This document shows, piece after piece, positions 1-10,541 of a stretch of DNA of 64,000 nucleotides. The notes beneath the pieces are model-generated. The model was not told where the DNA came from. It was given only the letters and a program-made list of their open reading frames with translations, and searched no databases. How positions within the stretch are numbered: position 1 is the first letter of the stretch; the number at the start of each line of letters is the position of its first letter. Location of the stretch: positions 11,321 to 75,320 of the forward strand of contig NZ_JBAZUD010000001.1 of assembly GCF_041661565.1 (NCBI RefSeq), read 5' to 3'. The DNA comes from Mesorhizobium sp. (lineage in GTDB: Bacteria > Pseudomonadota > Alphaproteobacteria > Rhizobiales > Rhizobiaceae). Both the position numbers and the translations under genes were made by a program.

Positions 1-606
1 GGCATCGGTCCGTTCCGCTGGGCGGCTCTCTCCGGCGATCCCGAGGATATCTACAAGACCGACGCCAAGGTGCGCGAACTCACGCCCGGCAACACCCACT
101 TGCACAACTGGCTGGACATGGCGCGCGAACGCATTGCCTTCCAGGGCCTGCCGGCGCGCATCTGCTGGGTTGGCCTCGGCGACCGGCATCGGCTCGGGCT
201 CGCCTTCAACGAGATGGTGGCCAAAGGCGAGCTCAAGGCGCCTGTCGTCATCGGCCGCGATCATCTCGACTCCGGCTCGGTCGCGTCGCCCAATCGCGAA
301 ACCGAATCGATGAAGGACGGCTCTGACGCAGTATCGGACTGGCCGTTGCTCAATGCGTTGCTCAACACCGCATCGGGCGCCACCTGGGTCTCACTGCATC
401 ACGGCGGCGGCGTCGGCATGGGGTTCTCGCAGCATGCCGGCATGGTCATCGTCGCCGACGGCACGCCCGAAGCGGCCAGGCGATTGGAACGGGTGTTGTG
501 GAACGATCCGGCGAGCGGCGTGATGCGCCATGCCGATGCCGGCTACGACATCGCCATCGAGTGCGCCAGGGAGCACCAGCTCAATCTGCCCGGCATTCTC
601 GGCTGA
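1..606 (+). CDS. hutU: Urocanate hydratase, 3' part (5' end outside window)
   Basis: Motifs [28 protein letters not shown] and [12 protein letters not shown]; the frame is open from base 1. Confidence 0.97.
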   Translation, partial: GIGPFRWAALSGDPEDIYKTDAKVRELTPGNTHLHNWLDMARERIAFQGLPARICWVGLGDRHRLGLAFNEMVAKGELKAPVVIGRDHLDSGSVASPNRETESMKDGSDAVSDWPLLNALLNTASGATWVSLHHGGGVGMGFSQHAGMVIVADGTPEAARRLERVLWNDPASGVMRHADAGYDIAIECAREHQLNLPGILG

Positions 607-610
607 ACCG

Positions 611-1198
611 ATGCGCATCCTGCGGGCAGAAGACCACCGTTCGATCCCCTGGAAAAACGGCGGCGGTGTCACGACGGAAATCGTCGTCTCGCCCGCCGGC
701 GCCGGACTTGACGATTTCGACTGGCGCGTATCGATGGCGCGCGTCGAAGGCAGTGGCCCGTTCTCGCAATTCTCCGGCATCGATCGCACACTGGCCGTGC
801 TCGAGGGCGAGGGTATCGTCGTCGAAATCGCCGGCCGTGCGCCGATGACGGTGAACCTTGCGACCCCTCCGCTGTCCTTCCCGGCCGACGTGCCGACAGC
901 GGCCACGCTGATTGGCGGGCCGATCACCGACCTCAATGTCATGAGCCGGCGCGGGCGGGTGACGCATTCCGTCGAGCGCCTGACAGTGGCGACGCCAGTG
1001 GAAATCAGCACGAAGGCCACAACAACCCTCATCCTGTGCCTGACTGGCGGCGTCATCGTGTCCGGCACCGAACCGATCCGCCTCGGGCCGCTCGACGCGC
1101 TTCTGACGGGCCCCGATAGTGGCGGCCTGCTTGTCCAGCCTGCCTGGCAAACGGCTCTGTTCGTAATCCGGATAGGCGACACGCCCGGCGACGATTAA
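611..1198 (+). CDS. hutD: HutD/Ves family protein
   Basis: PWKNGGGVTTEI, FDWRVSMARV and FSQFSGIDR; ATG at 611 lies 4 bp after the hutU stop. Confidence 0.9.
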   Translation: MRILRAEDHRSIPWKNGGGVTTEIVVSPAGAGLDDFDWRVSMARVEGSGPFSQFSGIDRTLAVLEGEGIVVEIAGRAPMTVNLATPPLSFPADVPTAATLIGGPITDLNVMSRRGRVTHSVERLTVATPVEISTKATTTLILCLTGGVIVSGTEPIRLGPLDALLTGPDSGGLLVQPAWQTALFVIRIGDTPGDD

Positions 1199-1463
1199 CG
1201 CTTGTTTCCAAACATGATCGCGATACCTTCGAATTGTAGCGTAAGCTGCTGGCTGAATCACGAAAAGGCCTGAATCCCCTTCGTGATCTGTCTTGACTGG
1301 AAGCGGGGCGGTTGTCTTGAGTTTCTTGCGATGGATGACGCCCTGTCGTGGTGCGGAAACAATCTTGCGGCGATTGGGCTTATGCAACCAATTGCATTTT
1401 AATCGGTTTTAGGGCCATTGCCGTGGCGACGACGCCGCTCTGTGTCCGCATACGGAATTTTCA

Positions 1464-4400
1464 ATGAATATCCAGACGAATCCTGCCCAAATCGAGAAGA
1501 CGAGCGCGAGCTTCCCGGCGATAACGGAAGAACCCATCCGATCCAATTTCCTCCCCGAGGAACGCCTGCGGGTGCTTGGCGAGAGCCTGGCAAAAGGTGA
1601 CCTGACGGATCTGTTCGGCTTGACGCCTTTCGATTTCCAGGCGCGCATCCGCGACAGCGCCAAGAAGATCCTGGAAGTCTATCGTTCGACCAATGCCGCG
1701 CAGGCCAGAGGCGAGACCATCACGCCGGCGGCGCAATGGCTGCTCGACAACAACTATCTGGTCGAAGAAACCATCTTCCAGGTCAAGCGCGACCTGCCGC
1801 GCCGCTTCTATCGCCAATTGCCTGGCTTGAAACTGCCCGATGGCGGCAACGTGCCGCGCGCGCTGGCGCTGGCCTGGACCTATGTGGCGCATTCGGACAG
1901 TTCCGTGTCCGCGACCATGTTCAAGGCCATCGTGCAGGGCTTCCAGTCGGTTGAGCCGCTGAGGATCGGCGAACTCTGGGCTCTGCCGTCGCTGCTGCGC
2001 TTCGTCCTCATCGAAAATCTCCGCCGGCTGGCGGTCAGGGTCAACCGCACGCGCCAGATGCGCCAGATCGCCAATGACGTGGCCGACAAGGTGCTGGCGA
2101 CCGACGACAGCCCGGACCGGCAGGCGATCCTCTCGAATTTCAGCGCCCATGCGCACGACACCACTTTCGCCACCCAACTGCTCTACCGTTTGCGTGACGG
2201 GTCGCAGAATGCCGGCAAGGCCCTGGAGTGGCTGGAAGGCGAGCTTGAAAAGACCGGCTCGGACGCCGAGGAAATCATCATTGCCGAACACCACACGCTG
2301 TCCAGCGGCAATGTGACAACCGGCAACATCATCCGTGGCCTGCGTCTGATCAACGACGTCGACTGGACGGTGTGGTTCGAGGACGTCAGCCGCATCGATA
2401 CCGTGCTGCGCGGACGCACCGATTTCGCCGCACTCGATTTCTTTTCGCGCGATCAATACCGGACCGCGATCGAGGAACTGGCCCGCCGCTCGGACCTTTC
2501 GGAATACCGCGTCGCCGAGAAGGCCATCGAACTGGCCGGTCATAACGTCGATGAAGTGGTGACGGACCCCGGTGAGGGCGGAGAGCTCCCGGTTTCATCC
2601 GCGCATACCGATGTCGGCTTCTATCTTGTTGGCCCACGCCGGCTGGAGTTGGAAAAGGTGATCGGCTATCGACCGACGATCAGCCAGAGGGTCAAGCGCG
2701 CCTTCACCAAGACGGGATGGCTGGGCATTGTCGTGCCGGTTTTCGCGCTGACGGTGCTGCTTCTCGTCCTGTCCGGCAACGCGCTTGCCCATCTCGGCCT
2801 GTCGGTGCCGTCGATCGTCCTCATGCTGGCGCTGTTTGCGGTTCCGGCCAGCGAGGGCGCCCTTGCATTCTTCAACACAGTGGTCTCGTTGTTCCTCAAG
2901 CCGACCCGCCTGATCGGCTATGATTACAGGCACGGCGTGCCGCCGGAAGCGCGCACCCTGGTAGTGGTGCCGTCGCTGATCGGCTCGCGCGACGATGTCG
3001 AGGAGAGCATTCGCAACATCGAAGTGCATTACCTTGCCAATCTAGCGGACGAGATTCATTTCGCGCTGCTCTCGGACTGGCCCGACAGCAAGACCGAAAT
3101 CGATGTGGCGGATACCGAGATCCTCGGATTTGCCCGCGCCGAGATAGACCGTCTCAATGCCCGCTATCCCTCTCAGGGCGCGCCGCGTTTCTACATCCTG
3201 CACCGGCGCCGTCTCTTCAACGCCGCCCAGGGTGCCTGGATGGGGTGGGAGCGCAAGCGGGGCAAGCTGCACGAACTGGACCTTCTGCTGCGCGGCGACA
3301 GTGACACCACCTTCCTACCGCTCGGTGTGCCGCTGCCCGAGAACGTCGTCCATGTGATGACGCTCGATGCCGACACGCGCACCACCCGCGACGCGGTCGC
3401 GAGTCTCATCGGCAAACTCTGCCATCCGCTGAACCGTCCGCATTTCGATGCCACCAGGCGCGTTGTCACGGCTGGATACGCGATCCTGCAGCCACGCATC
3501 ACGGCATCGCTGACCAGCGGCGACGAAGCATCGTTCTTTCAGCGGGTCTTCTCGGCCAATCGAGGGCTGGACCCCTATGTCTTCGCCGTATCCGATCTCT
3601 ATCAGGACGTCTTCGGCGACGGCTCCTTCACCGGCAAGGGCCTCTACCATGTGGACGCGTTCGAGGCGGCGCTGAAGGGGCGGATCGAGGAAAACACCAT
3701 CCTCAGCCATGATCTGCTCGAAGGCGCCCTGGCGCGCTCCGCGCTGGTCACCGATGTGGAACTTGTCGAGGATTATCCGACCCGTTACTCGGTCGACGCG
3801 TCTCGTCATCATCGCTGGGCGCGAGGCGACTGGCAGTTGCTCGGCTTCATCCTCGATCCGCGCTCCGGCGTGCCGGCATTGTCGCGCTGGAAGATGCTCG
3901 ACAACCTGCGCCGCTCGCTGACACCGATCTTCTGGGTGCTGGCGGCGATCGCCGGCTGGACCCTGCTGCCCTTCACGCAGGCCGCGCAGTGGCAGGCCCT
4001 GCTGATCCTCAGCCTTTTCATGGCGCCGACATTCAACATCGTGAACGCCATCCTGCCCAAGAGCGGCGACCAGACGGCGCGGGGCCATTTCTCGGCACTG
4101 GCGCGCGATGTTGCCTTCGGCACCGCCATGGTGGCATTGAAGATCGTGCTGATGGCGCACAACGCCTGGATGATGGGCGACGCCATCGTGCGCACCCTCT
4201 ACCGGCTTTTCGTCAGCCGCCAGAACCTGCTGGAATGGCGCACAGCCTCGCAGGCGCACAAAAGCGGCGACAACGATCTCGGCTCCTACTACGGCATGAT
4301 GTATGGCGCGGTGATCATCGGCTTCGTCGGCCTCGCCATTCCGGTGCTGGCCGATTCGACCGGCGCCTTCGTCGCCTTCTTCTTCGCGCTGTTCTGGATC

Positions 4401-7400
4401 GCTTCGCCGGCGGTGGCCTCCTGGATCAGCCGTTCGGCCGAGACCGAGGACCGGCTGCGGATTTCGGCCGCCGACATCCATACTTTGCGCACCGTGGCGC
4501 GGCGCACATGGCACTATTTCGAAACCTTCGTCACTTCAGAGCACCACAACCTGCCGCCCGACAACTTCCAGGAAAGCCCGGCGCCGGTCGTGGCGCCACG
4601 CACGTCGCCGACCAATATCGGCGTCTATCTGCTGTCGGTCGTTTCCGCGCGCGATTTCGGCTGGATCAGCCTGTCCGACGCCATCACGCGCATCGACGCC
4701 ACAATGTCGACAATCGAAGGAATGCCGCGCGACCGCGGCCATCTTTTCAACTGGTACGACACGACGACGTTGAAGCCGCTCTACCCGCTCTATATTTCCG
4801 CCGTCGACAGCGGCAACCTCGCGGGGCATCTGGTGGCGGTGGCGGCCGCCTGCGCCGAATGGGCCGAAGCACCTTCCGTCCATCTCCAGGGCGATTTCGA
4901 GGGGATTCTCGACACTGTCGCCATCCTCGGCGAAAGCCTTGAAGAACTGCCCGATGATCGCCGCCAGTTGCGCCCCCTGCGCCAGCGTCTCGCGGACCGT
5001 CTCGACGGCATGCGCCGCGCCGTCGACACCATCAAGGCACAGCCGGAAATGGCATCGATCCGCACCATCAACCTGGCGGTGCTGGCAGGCGAGATCCGCA
5101 AGCTGGCCGCGGCCATCCACACCGAGGCTGCATCGGCCCAGAGCGACGTTATCGTCGACTGGGCGGCAAGACTCGAAGCCACCTGCGAAGCGCATGTGCA
5201 TGACGCGCACAGCGACGACAATGCCGTGGCCGCACTGCGCGCCAGGCTGCTCACCCTGCGCGAGCGCACGCGCCGCTTCGCCTTCGAGATGGATTTCTCG
5301 TTCCTTATGCGGCCTGAGCGCAAGCTGTTGTCGATCGGGTACCGCGTCGAGGAGCACCAGCTCGATGAAAGCTGTTATGACCTGCTGGCCTCCGAGGCGC
5401 GGCTGACCAGCCTGTTCGCCATCGCCAAGGGCGATCTCCCGACAGAGCATTGGTTCCGGCTTGGCCGGCCGATCGTCGAGATCGGTTTCCAGGGCGCGCT
5501 AATGTCCTGGTCCGGCTCGATGTTCGAGTACCTGATGCCGCCGCTGGTGATGAAGGAGCCGCAAGGCAGCATCCTCAACCAGACAAGCAAGCTGATCATC
5601 AAGCGCCAGATCCAGTACGGCCGCGAGAAGAACGTGCCGTGGGGCATCTCGGAAGCGGCCTACAATGCCCGTGACCGAGAGCTGACCTACCAGTACACCA
5701 ATTTCGGCGTGCCAGGCCTGGGCTTGAAGCGCGGCCTCGGCCAGAACACCGTGATCGCACCTTACGCGACGATCCTGGCGGCACAGTTCAATCCGCGTGA
5801 AGCGGTGCGCAACTTGGCGCGGCTCCGGCAAATAGGCGCGCTCGGCCGCCACGGCTACTACGACGCGGTCGACTTCACGCCGCAGCGCGTGCCCGAGGGC
5901 ACCGATCACGTCGTCGTGCAGAACTACATGGCCCACCATTCGGGCATGTCGATCGCGGCTGTCGCCGACGCCATATTCGAAGGCCGGCTGCGCGACCGCT
6001 TCCATAGCGATCCCGTCATCGAATCGGCCGAGCTGCTGCTGCAGGAGAGGGCACCGCGCGACATCCCGACCGCCACGGTCCGGACAGAGGCCGACGAACG
6101 ATCCAAGGACGAGAGCGAGGTCGAGAGCCCCGACAGCCGCATCGTGCTGGATCCGTTGCGGGCGCTGCGCTCGACGAGCATGATGTCGAACGGACGCTAC
6201 TCGGTGATGGTCACCGCGACCGGCTCCGGCTACAGCCGCTGGGGCGATCTTTCCGTCACCCGCTGGCAGCCGGATCCGACCGAGGACCGGATGGGATCCT
6301 ACATCTTCCTGCGCGATGCGGGCACCGGCGACTGGTGGTCGGCAACGGCCGAGCCGAAGCGCGCGGCGGAGGAAAAGGCGCAGACCCTGTTCTCCGACGA
6401 CAAGGCAAGCTTCCTGAAATCGGTCGGCTCCTTGCGCTCCGAGGTCGAGTGCATCGTCATTTCCGAAGGCAATGGCGAGGGCCGCCGCGTCACGCTCTAC
6501 AATGACGGGGCATCCGACCGCCACATCGAAGTGACTTCCTTCGCCGAACTGGTCCTGGGCTCCGAGGCATCGGACAATGCCCATCCGGCCTTCTCGAAAA
6601 TGTTCATAGAAACCGAGATCGCGCCGAACAACGGCGCGATCTTCGCCACGCGGCGCAAGCGCGAAACCAGCGAGCCCGATATCACCCTGGTGCATTTCGT
6701 CACCGACCCGTCCGGACCGGCGCGTGATGCCGAAGCCGAGACGGACAGGCGCGCCTTCATCGGCCGCGGCCGCACCATCGTCGACGCGGCCGCTTTCGAT
6801 CCAGGCGCCAAGCTTCGCGGTCATTCGGGCTTCACGCTCGATCCGATCGCCTCGTTGCGCCGCCAGGTGCGGGTGCCGGCCAACAAGAAGATATCGCTGA
6901 CCTTCTGGACCGTCGTCGGCGCCAGCCGCGCCGAGTTGGAGGAAGCCATCGCCCGGCTCGACCATCCCGAGAGTTTTGCCCGCCAGGCGATGCTTGCCTG
7001 GACGCGCAGCCAGGTCCAGACCCGTCACATGGGGCTCAGCCTGACCGACGCCGCCAACGTGCAGAAGCTTGCACGCTACCTGATCTATCCCGATCCGTTC
7101 CTGCGGCTTCCCGCCGAATCCATCGCGTCGGGGCTGGGCAAGCAGTCGAGCCTGTGGCCGACCAGCATCTCCGGCGATTTCCCGATCTTCCTGGTCAGGA
7201 TCGGCGACGTCGCCGATCTGGAGATCGTCGCCCAGGCGCTTCGTTTCCAGGAGTATATGCGCACCCGCGGCATGATGATCGACTTCGTCGTCGTCAACGA
7301 GCAGGCGTCCTCCTATGTCCAGGACCTGCAGAGGGCGGTCGAGACGCTGTGTGAGAACAGCCGCTTGCGCGGCAAGGAACTCGGGCCTCGCCAGCACATT

Positions 7401-10067
7401 TTCGCCGTGCGCCGCGACCTGATGGACGAGACCACCTACAAGACGCTGCTCGCCGTGGCCCGTGTTGTCCTGCACACGCGCAATGGCACGATCTTCGACC
7501 AGATCGAGCGGGCCGAGGGGGCTGCCCTGCAGGCGCGCGACACGCTGCAGCCGGCGGGATCGCCGGTCGGGCGCGACGGATCCGCATCATCGCCCTTGCC
7601 GCAGACACTGGCCGTGCAGACGGTGCCGAACGTCAGCGCCGACGGCACCGGTCTCGACCGATGGAACGGCTTTGGCGGCTTCGACGGCGACGGCCGGCAC
7701 TATGTCGTCAGGCTGGCCGGCCGCCGTACCACGCCGCAACCCTGGATCAACGTGGTCTCCAACGCCTCATTTGGCTTCCACACCTCGGCCGAGGGTGCTG
7801 CCTTCACCTGGAGCCGCAACAGCCGCGACTACCAGCTGACCCCATGGTCGAACGACCCGGTGTCGAACCGGCCGGGCGAGGGGCTCTACATCCATGACCT
7901 CGCCAGCGGCAAGGCGTTCTCGCCGCTCGCGGCCGTGGTGCGCGATCCCGCGATGATCTACGAGGCCTGGCACGGCCAGGGCTTCTCGACCTTCCGCGCC
8001 AAGCGCGGACCCTTGTCGATGGATCTTACCCATGTCGTCGACCCGGTCGATCCGGTGAAGATTTCGCGCTTGCGCATTCAGAATTCCGGGTCGGTGCCGG
8101 TGCGGCTGCGTGTCTATGCCTATGCCGAATGGGTGCTGGGCGGGCATCGCTCGCGCACCGCGTCGACCATTGTTCCGTCGCGGGACGCGGCCACCGGGGC
8201 GTTGCTGGCGCAAAATCCGTATGGGCTCGATTTCGGCGAACGGGTGGCCTTCCTGGCTTCCGACGGGGCCGCGCAGTCGGTGACGGCAGACCGTACGGAG
8301 TTCCTGGGCCGTCATGGCTCAAGCGAGATGCCGCAGGCGGTGCTGACCGGCGCCGTGCTGTCGGGCCGCGTCGAGGCGGGAGACGATCCATGTGCGGCCA
8401 TTGCCCGGGACGTCGAGATCCCGCCCGGCGGCGGCGTCACGTTGCTCTGGCTGTTGGGCGACGCCGAGTCGGCCGATCAGGCTAGCACCTTGGTGCAGGA
8501 GCACCGGGCCAGGGATTTCGATCAACGGCTGGCCGACAACGAGCACGCCTGGCGCGGTTTTCTGGACACGATCCAGGTCCAGACCCCGGACAAGGGTCTC
8601 GATGCCATGGTCAATCACTGGCTGCCCTACCAGAGCCTCGCCTGCCGTATCCGCGCCCGCTCCGCCTTCTACCAGGCCAGTGGCGCGTTCGGCTTCCGCG
8701 ACCAACTGCAGGATACGCTGGCGTTGCTGGCGCATGATCCCCAGCTTGCGCGCGACCAGATCCTCAACGCGGCGCGGCGGCAGTTCCCCGAGGGCGATGT
8801 GCAGCATTGGTGGCTGCCGCGAACCGGGGCCGGCGTGCGCACGATGATATCCGACGACGTCGTGTGGCTGGCTCACGCCACGGCGCGCTATCTGCTGGTC
8901 ACCGACGACGTGACGATCCTCAAGGAGCAATTGCCCTTCATCGAGGGGCAGCAGCTGGGCGAGGGCGAGCACGATGCGTTCTTTACCCCGGAGATTTCGA
9001 AGAAGACTGTCTCCCTCTATGAGCATTGCGCACGGGCGCTCGATCTGGCCATCACGCGCAGCAGCCCGGCCGGGCTGCCGCTGATCCTCGGCGGCGACTG
9101 GAACGACGGCATGAACCGCGTCGGCGAGCACGGCAAGGGCGAGAGCGTCTGGCTGGGCTGGTTCCTGTTGAAGACGCTGGGCGACTTCGCCCCCATCGCC
9201 AAGAGCGAAGGCGACACCAAGCACGCTCAAGCCTGGGCCAGCCATGCCGATTCCCTCAAGCGGGCGCTTGAAAGCACCGCCTGGGATGGCGAATGGTATC
9301 GGCGCGGCAGTTTCGACGACGGCACGCCGCTGGGCTCGCGCACATCCGAAGAGTGCAAGATCGACTCCATTGCCCAGTCCTGGAGCGTGCTTTCGGGTGA
9401 AGGCGACCCGGCACGGTCGAAGACGGCGATGGCGCAGGCGACCAGGCTGCTGGTCGACGACGAGCTCAAGATCGTCAAGCTGTTCACGCCGGCCTTCTCG
9501 AAGACCGACAAGGACCCAGGCTACATCAAGAGCTATCCGCCGGGCGTACGCGAAAATGGCGGGCAATATACCCATGCCGCCACCTGGTTCGTCATTGCGC
9601 TGGCCGATATGGGGCAGACCGACGAGGCCTATCGCTGCTTCTCGATGCTCAATCCGGTCAATCACGCGATCGACGAGGCCTCGGCCGAGCTCTATCGTGT
9701 CGAACCCTACGTGGTGGCGGCCGACGTCTATGCCGGCGACGACAATGTCGGCAACAACAAGGGCGGCCGTGGCGGATGGACCTGGTATACCGGGTCGGCC
9801 GGCTGGCTCTACAGGGCAGCCGTCGAGGGCATCCTCGGCATTGAACGACGCGGCAAGCGTGTCCAGTTCACGCCGAAACTTCCCAGCCACTGGGACGGCT
9901 ATTCCGCCACGCTCAAGATGCTTGGGGCTGAACTCAGCGTTCGTGTCGTCCGCGACAGCAAGGCGAACGCGATGTCGCTGGAGCTGAACGGGGCAAAGAC
10001 CAAAGCTTCGACGGTCGAACTCAAGAGCGGTGAAGTTTCAGACGTCCTCATCAGGATTCCGGCCTGA
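1464..10067 (+). CDS. ndvB: Cyclic beta-1,2-glucan synthase (GT84 plus C-terminal GH94 phosphorylase domain)
   Basis: 2867 aa; GWERKRGKL, RHHRWARGDWQ, SWSGSMFEYLMP, YQASGAFGFRDQLQD, GGDWNDGMN and WTWYTGSAGW. Confidence 0.97.
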   Translation: MNIQTNPAQIEKTSASFPAITEEPIRSNFLPEERLRVLGESLAKGDLTDLFGLTPFDFQARIRDSAKKILEVYRSTNAAQARGETITPAAQWLLDNNYLVEETIFQVKRDLPRRFYRQLPGLKLPDGGNVPRALALAWTYVAHSDSSVSATMFKAIVQGFQSVEPLRIGELWALPSLLRFVLIENLRRLAVRVNRTRQMRQIANDVADKVLATDDSPDRQAILSNFSAHAHDTTFATQLLYRLRDGSQNAGKALEWLEGELEKTGSDAEEIIIAEHHTLSSGNVTTGNIIRGLRLINDVDWTVWFEDVSRIDTVLRGRTDFAALDFFSRDQYRTAIEELARRSDLSEYRVAEKAIELAGHNVDEVVTDPGEGGELPVSSAHTDVGFYLVGPRRLELEKVIGYRPTISQRVKRAFTKTGWLGIVVPVFALTVLLLVLSGNALAHLGLSVPSIVLMLALFAVPASEGALAFFNTVVSLFLKPTRLIGYDYRHGVPPEARTLVVVPSLIGSRDDVEESIRNIEVHYLANLADEIHFALLSDWPDSKTEIDVADTEILGFARAEIDRLNARYPSQGAPRFYILHRRRLFNAAQGAWMGWERKRGKLHELDLLLRGDSDTTFLPLGVPLPENVVHVMTLDADTRTTRDAVASLIGKLCHPLNRPHFDATRRVVTAGYAILQPRITASLTSGDEASFFQRVFSANRGLDPYVFAVSDLYQDVFGDGSFTGKGLYHVDAFEAALKGRIEENTILSHDLLEGALARSALVTDVELVEDYPTRYSVDASRHHRWARGDWQLLGFILDPRSGVPALSRWKMLDNLRRSLTPIFWVLAAIAGWTLLPFTQAAQWQALLILSLFMAPTFNIVNAILPKSGDQTARGHFSALARDVAFGTAMVALKIVLMAHNAWMMGDAIVRTLYRLFVSRQNLLEWRTASQAHKSGDNDLGSYYGMMYGAVIIGFVGLAIPVLADSTGAFVAFFFALFWIASPAVASWISRSAETEDRLRISAADIHTLRTVARRTWHYFETFVTSEHHNLPPDNFQESPAPVVAPRTSPTNIGVYLLSVVSARDFGWISLSDAITRIDATMSTIEGMPRDRGHLFNWYDTTTLKPLYPLYISAVDSGNLAGHLVAVAAACAEWAEAPSVHLQGDFEGILDTVAILGESLEELPDDRRQLRPLRQRLADRLDGMRRAVDTIKAQPEMASIRTINLAVLAGEIRKLAAAIHTEAASAQSDVIVDWAARLEATCEAHVHDAHSDDNAVAALRARLLTLRERTRRFAFEMDFSFLMRPERKLLSIGYRVEEHQLDESCYDLLASEARLTSLFAIAKGDLPTEHWFRLGRPIVEIGFQGALMSWSGSMFEYLMPPLVMKEPQGSILNQTSKLIIKRQIQYGREKNVPWGISEAAYNARDRELTYQYTNFGVPGLGLKRGLGQNTVIAPYATILAAQFNPREAVRNLARLRQIGALGRHGYYDAVDFTPQRVPEGTDHVVVQNYMAHHSGMSIAAVADAIFEGRLRDRFHSDPVIESAELLLQERAPRDIPTATVRTEADERSKDESEVESPDSRIVLDPLRALRSTSMMSNGRYSVMVTATGSGYSRWGDLSVTRWQPDPTEDRMGSYIFLRDAGTGDWWSATAEPKRAAEEKAQTLFSDDKASFLKSVGSLRSEVECIVISEGNGEGRRVTLYNDGASDRHIEVTSFAELVLGSEASDNAHPAFSKMFIETEIAPNNGAIFATRRKRETSEPDITLVHFVTDPSGPARDAEAETDRRAFIGRGRTIVDAAAFDPGAKLRGHSGFTLDPIASLRRQVRVPANKKISLTFWTVVGASRAELEEAIARLDHPESFARQAMLAWTRSQVQTRHMGLSLTDAANVQKLARYLIYPDPFLRLPAESIASGLGKQSSLWPTSISGDFPIFLVRIGDVADLEIVAQALRFQEYMRTRGMMIDFVVVNEQASSYVQDLQRAVETLCENSRLRGKELGPRQHIFAVRRDLMDETTYKTLLAVARVVLHTRNGTIFDQIERAEGAALQARDTLQPAGSPVGRDGSASSPLPQTLAVQTVPNVSADGTGLDRWNGFGGFDGDGRHYVVRLAGRRTTPQPWINVVSNASFGFHTSAEGAAFTWSRNSRDYQLTPWSNDPVSNRPGEGLYIHDLASGKAFSPLAAVVRDPAMIYEAWHGQGFSTFRAKRGPLSMDLTHVVDPVDPVKISRLRIQNSGSVPVRLRVYAYAEWVLGGHRSRTASTIVPSRDAATGALLAQNPYGLDFGERVAFLASDGAAQSVTADRTEFLGRHGSSEMPQAVLTGAVLSGRVEAGDDPCAAIARDVEIPPGGGVTLLWLLGDAESADQASTLVQEHRARDFDQRLADNEHAWRGFLDTIQVQTPDKGLDAMVNHWLPYQSLACRIRARSAFYQASGAFGFRDQLQDTLALLAHDPQLARDQILNAARRQFPEGDVQHWWLPRTGAGVRTMISDDVVWLAHATARYLLVTDDVTILKEQLPFIEGQQLGEGEHDAFFTPEISKKTVSLYEHCARALDLAITRSSPAGLPLILGGDWNDGMNRVGEHGKGESVWLGWFLLKTLGDFAPIAKSEGDTKHAQAWASHADSLKRALESTAWDGEWYRRGSFDDGTPLGSRTSEECKIDSIAQSWSVLSGEGDPARSKTAMAQATRLLVDDELKIVKLFTPAFSKTDKDPGYIKSYPPGVRENGGQYTHAATWFVIALADMGQTDEAYRCFSMLNPVNHAIDEASAELYRVEPYVVAADVYAGDDNVGNNKGGRGGWTWYTGSAGWLYRAAVEGILGIERRGKRVQFTPKLPSHWDGYSATLKMLGAELSVRVVRDSKANAMSLELNGAKTKASTVELKSGEVSDVLIRIPA

Positions 10068-10078
10068 GACAGTTGCTA

Positions 10079-10099
10079 GTCCCGGGCAGCGCCCGGGAC
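10079..10099 (+). terminator. GC-rich hairpin after ndvB (possible terminator or RNA-stabilising stem)
   Basis: gtcccgggc-agc-gcccgggac perfect inverted repeat 11 bp after the stop; no clear U-tract. Confidence 0.45.
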
Positions 10100-10541
10100 G
10101 GAGATGTTTTGAGAACCTGACCCCGACGCGAAGTCCCGGGTCTGGTTCTAGAAAACATATTAAGATCAAAGATTTGAAGTGTTATACCCAAATTTCGTAC
10201 CTGTCGGCGGAGCTGTCGCGCCTTTGCCGTTTGAGCTGGGCCGGCCCAATTTGTCTGGCGTTATACTGTTCAAACGGCCTTTTTCGGCGACAGTCATCCG
10301 CCCGACATTGTTGCTGATTAAAATTGTGGCAGCACGCGCCAGGTGCCATGATTTCGCCGCACGGGTGACATTTTACCTGTCTTCTCAAACCGTTAGGTGA
10401 TCACGGCAGATTTCGGAACGTCGCCATCTTTTGTTCGCTTAAAAGGAACTGAAGAGGTACACGGCCATTGTTTTGCGACGTATCAACCGATACGAGTCAA
10501 ATGATGCAGTGCACAACAAACAGCGTGGCGGAGTAACTGGG

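Noticed and set aside
5499-7475. Long antisense ORFs (658 aa here; similar ones over ndvA, guaB, aspS, sthA, the antiporter and glyA)
   Set aside because: Shadow ORFs typical of high-GC coding DNA; they have no motifs and fully overlap well-supported genes.
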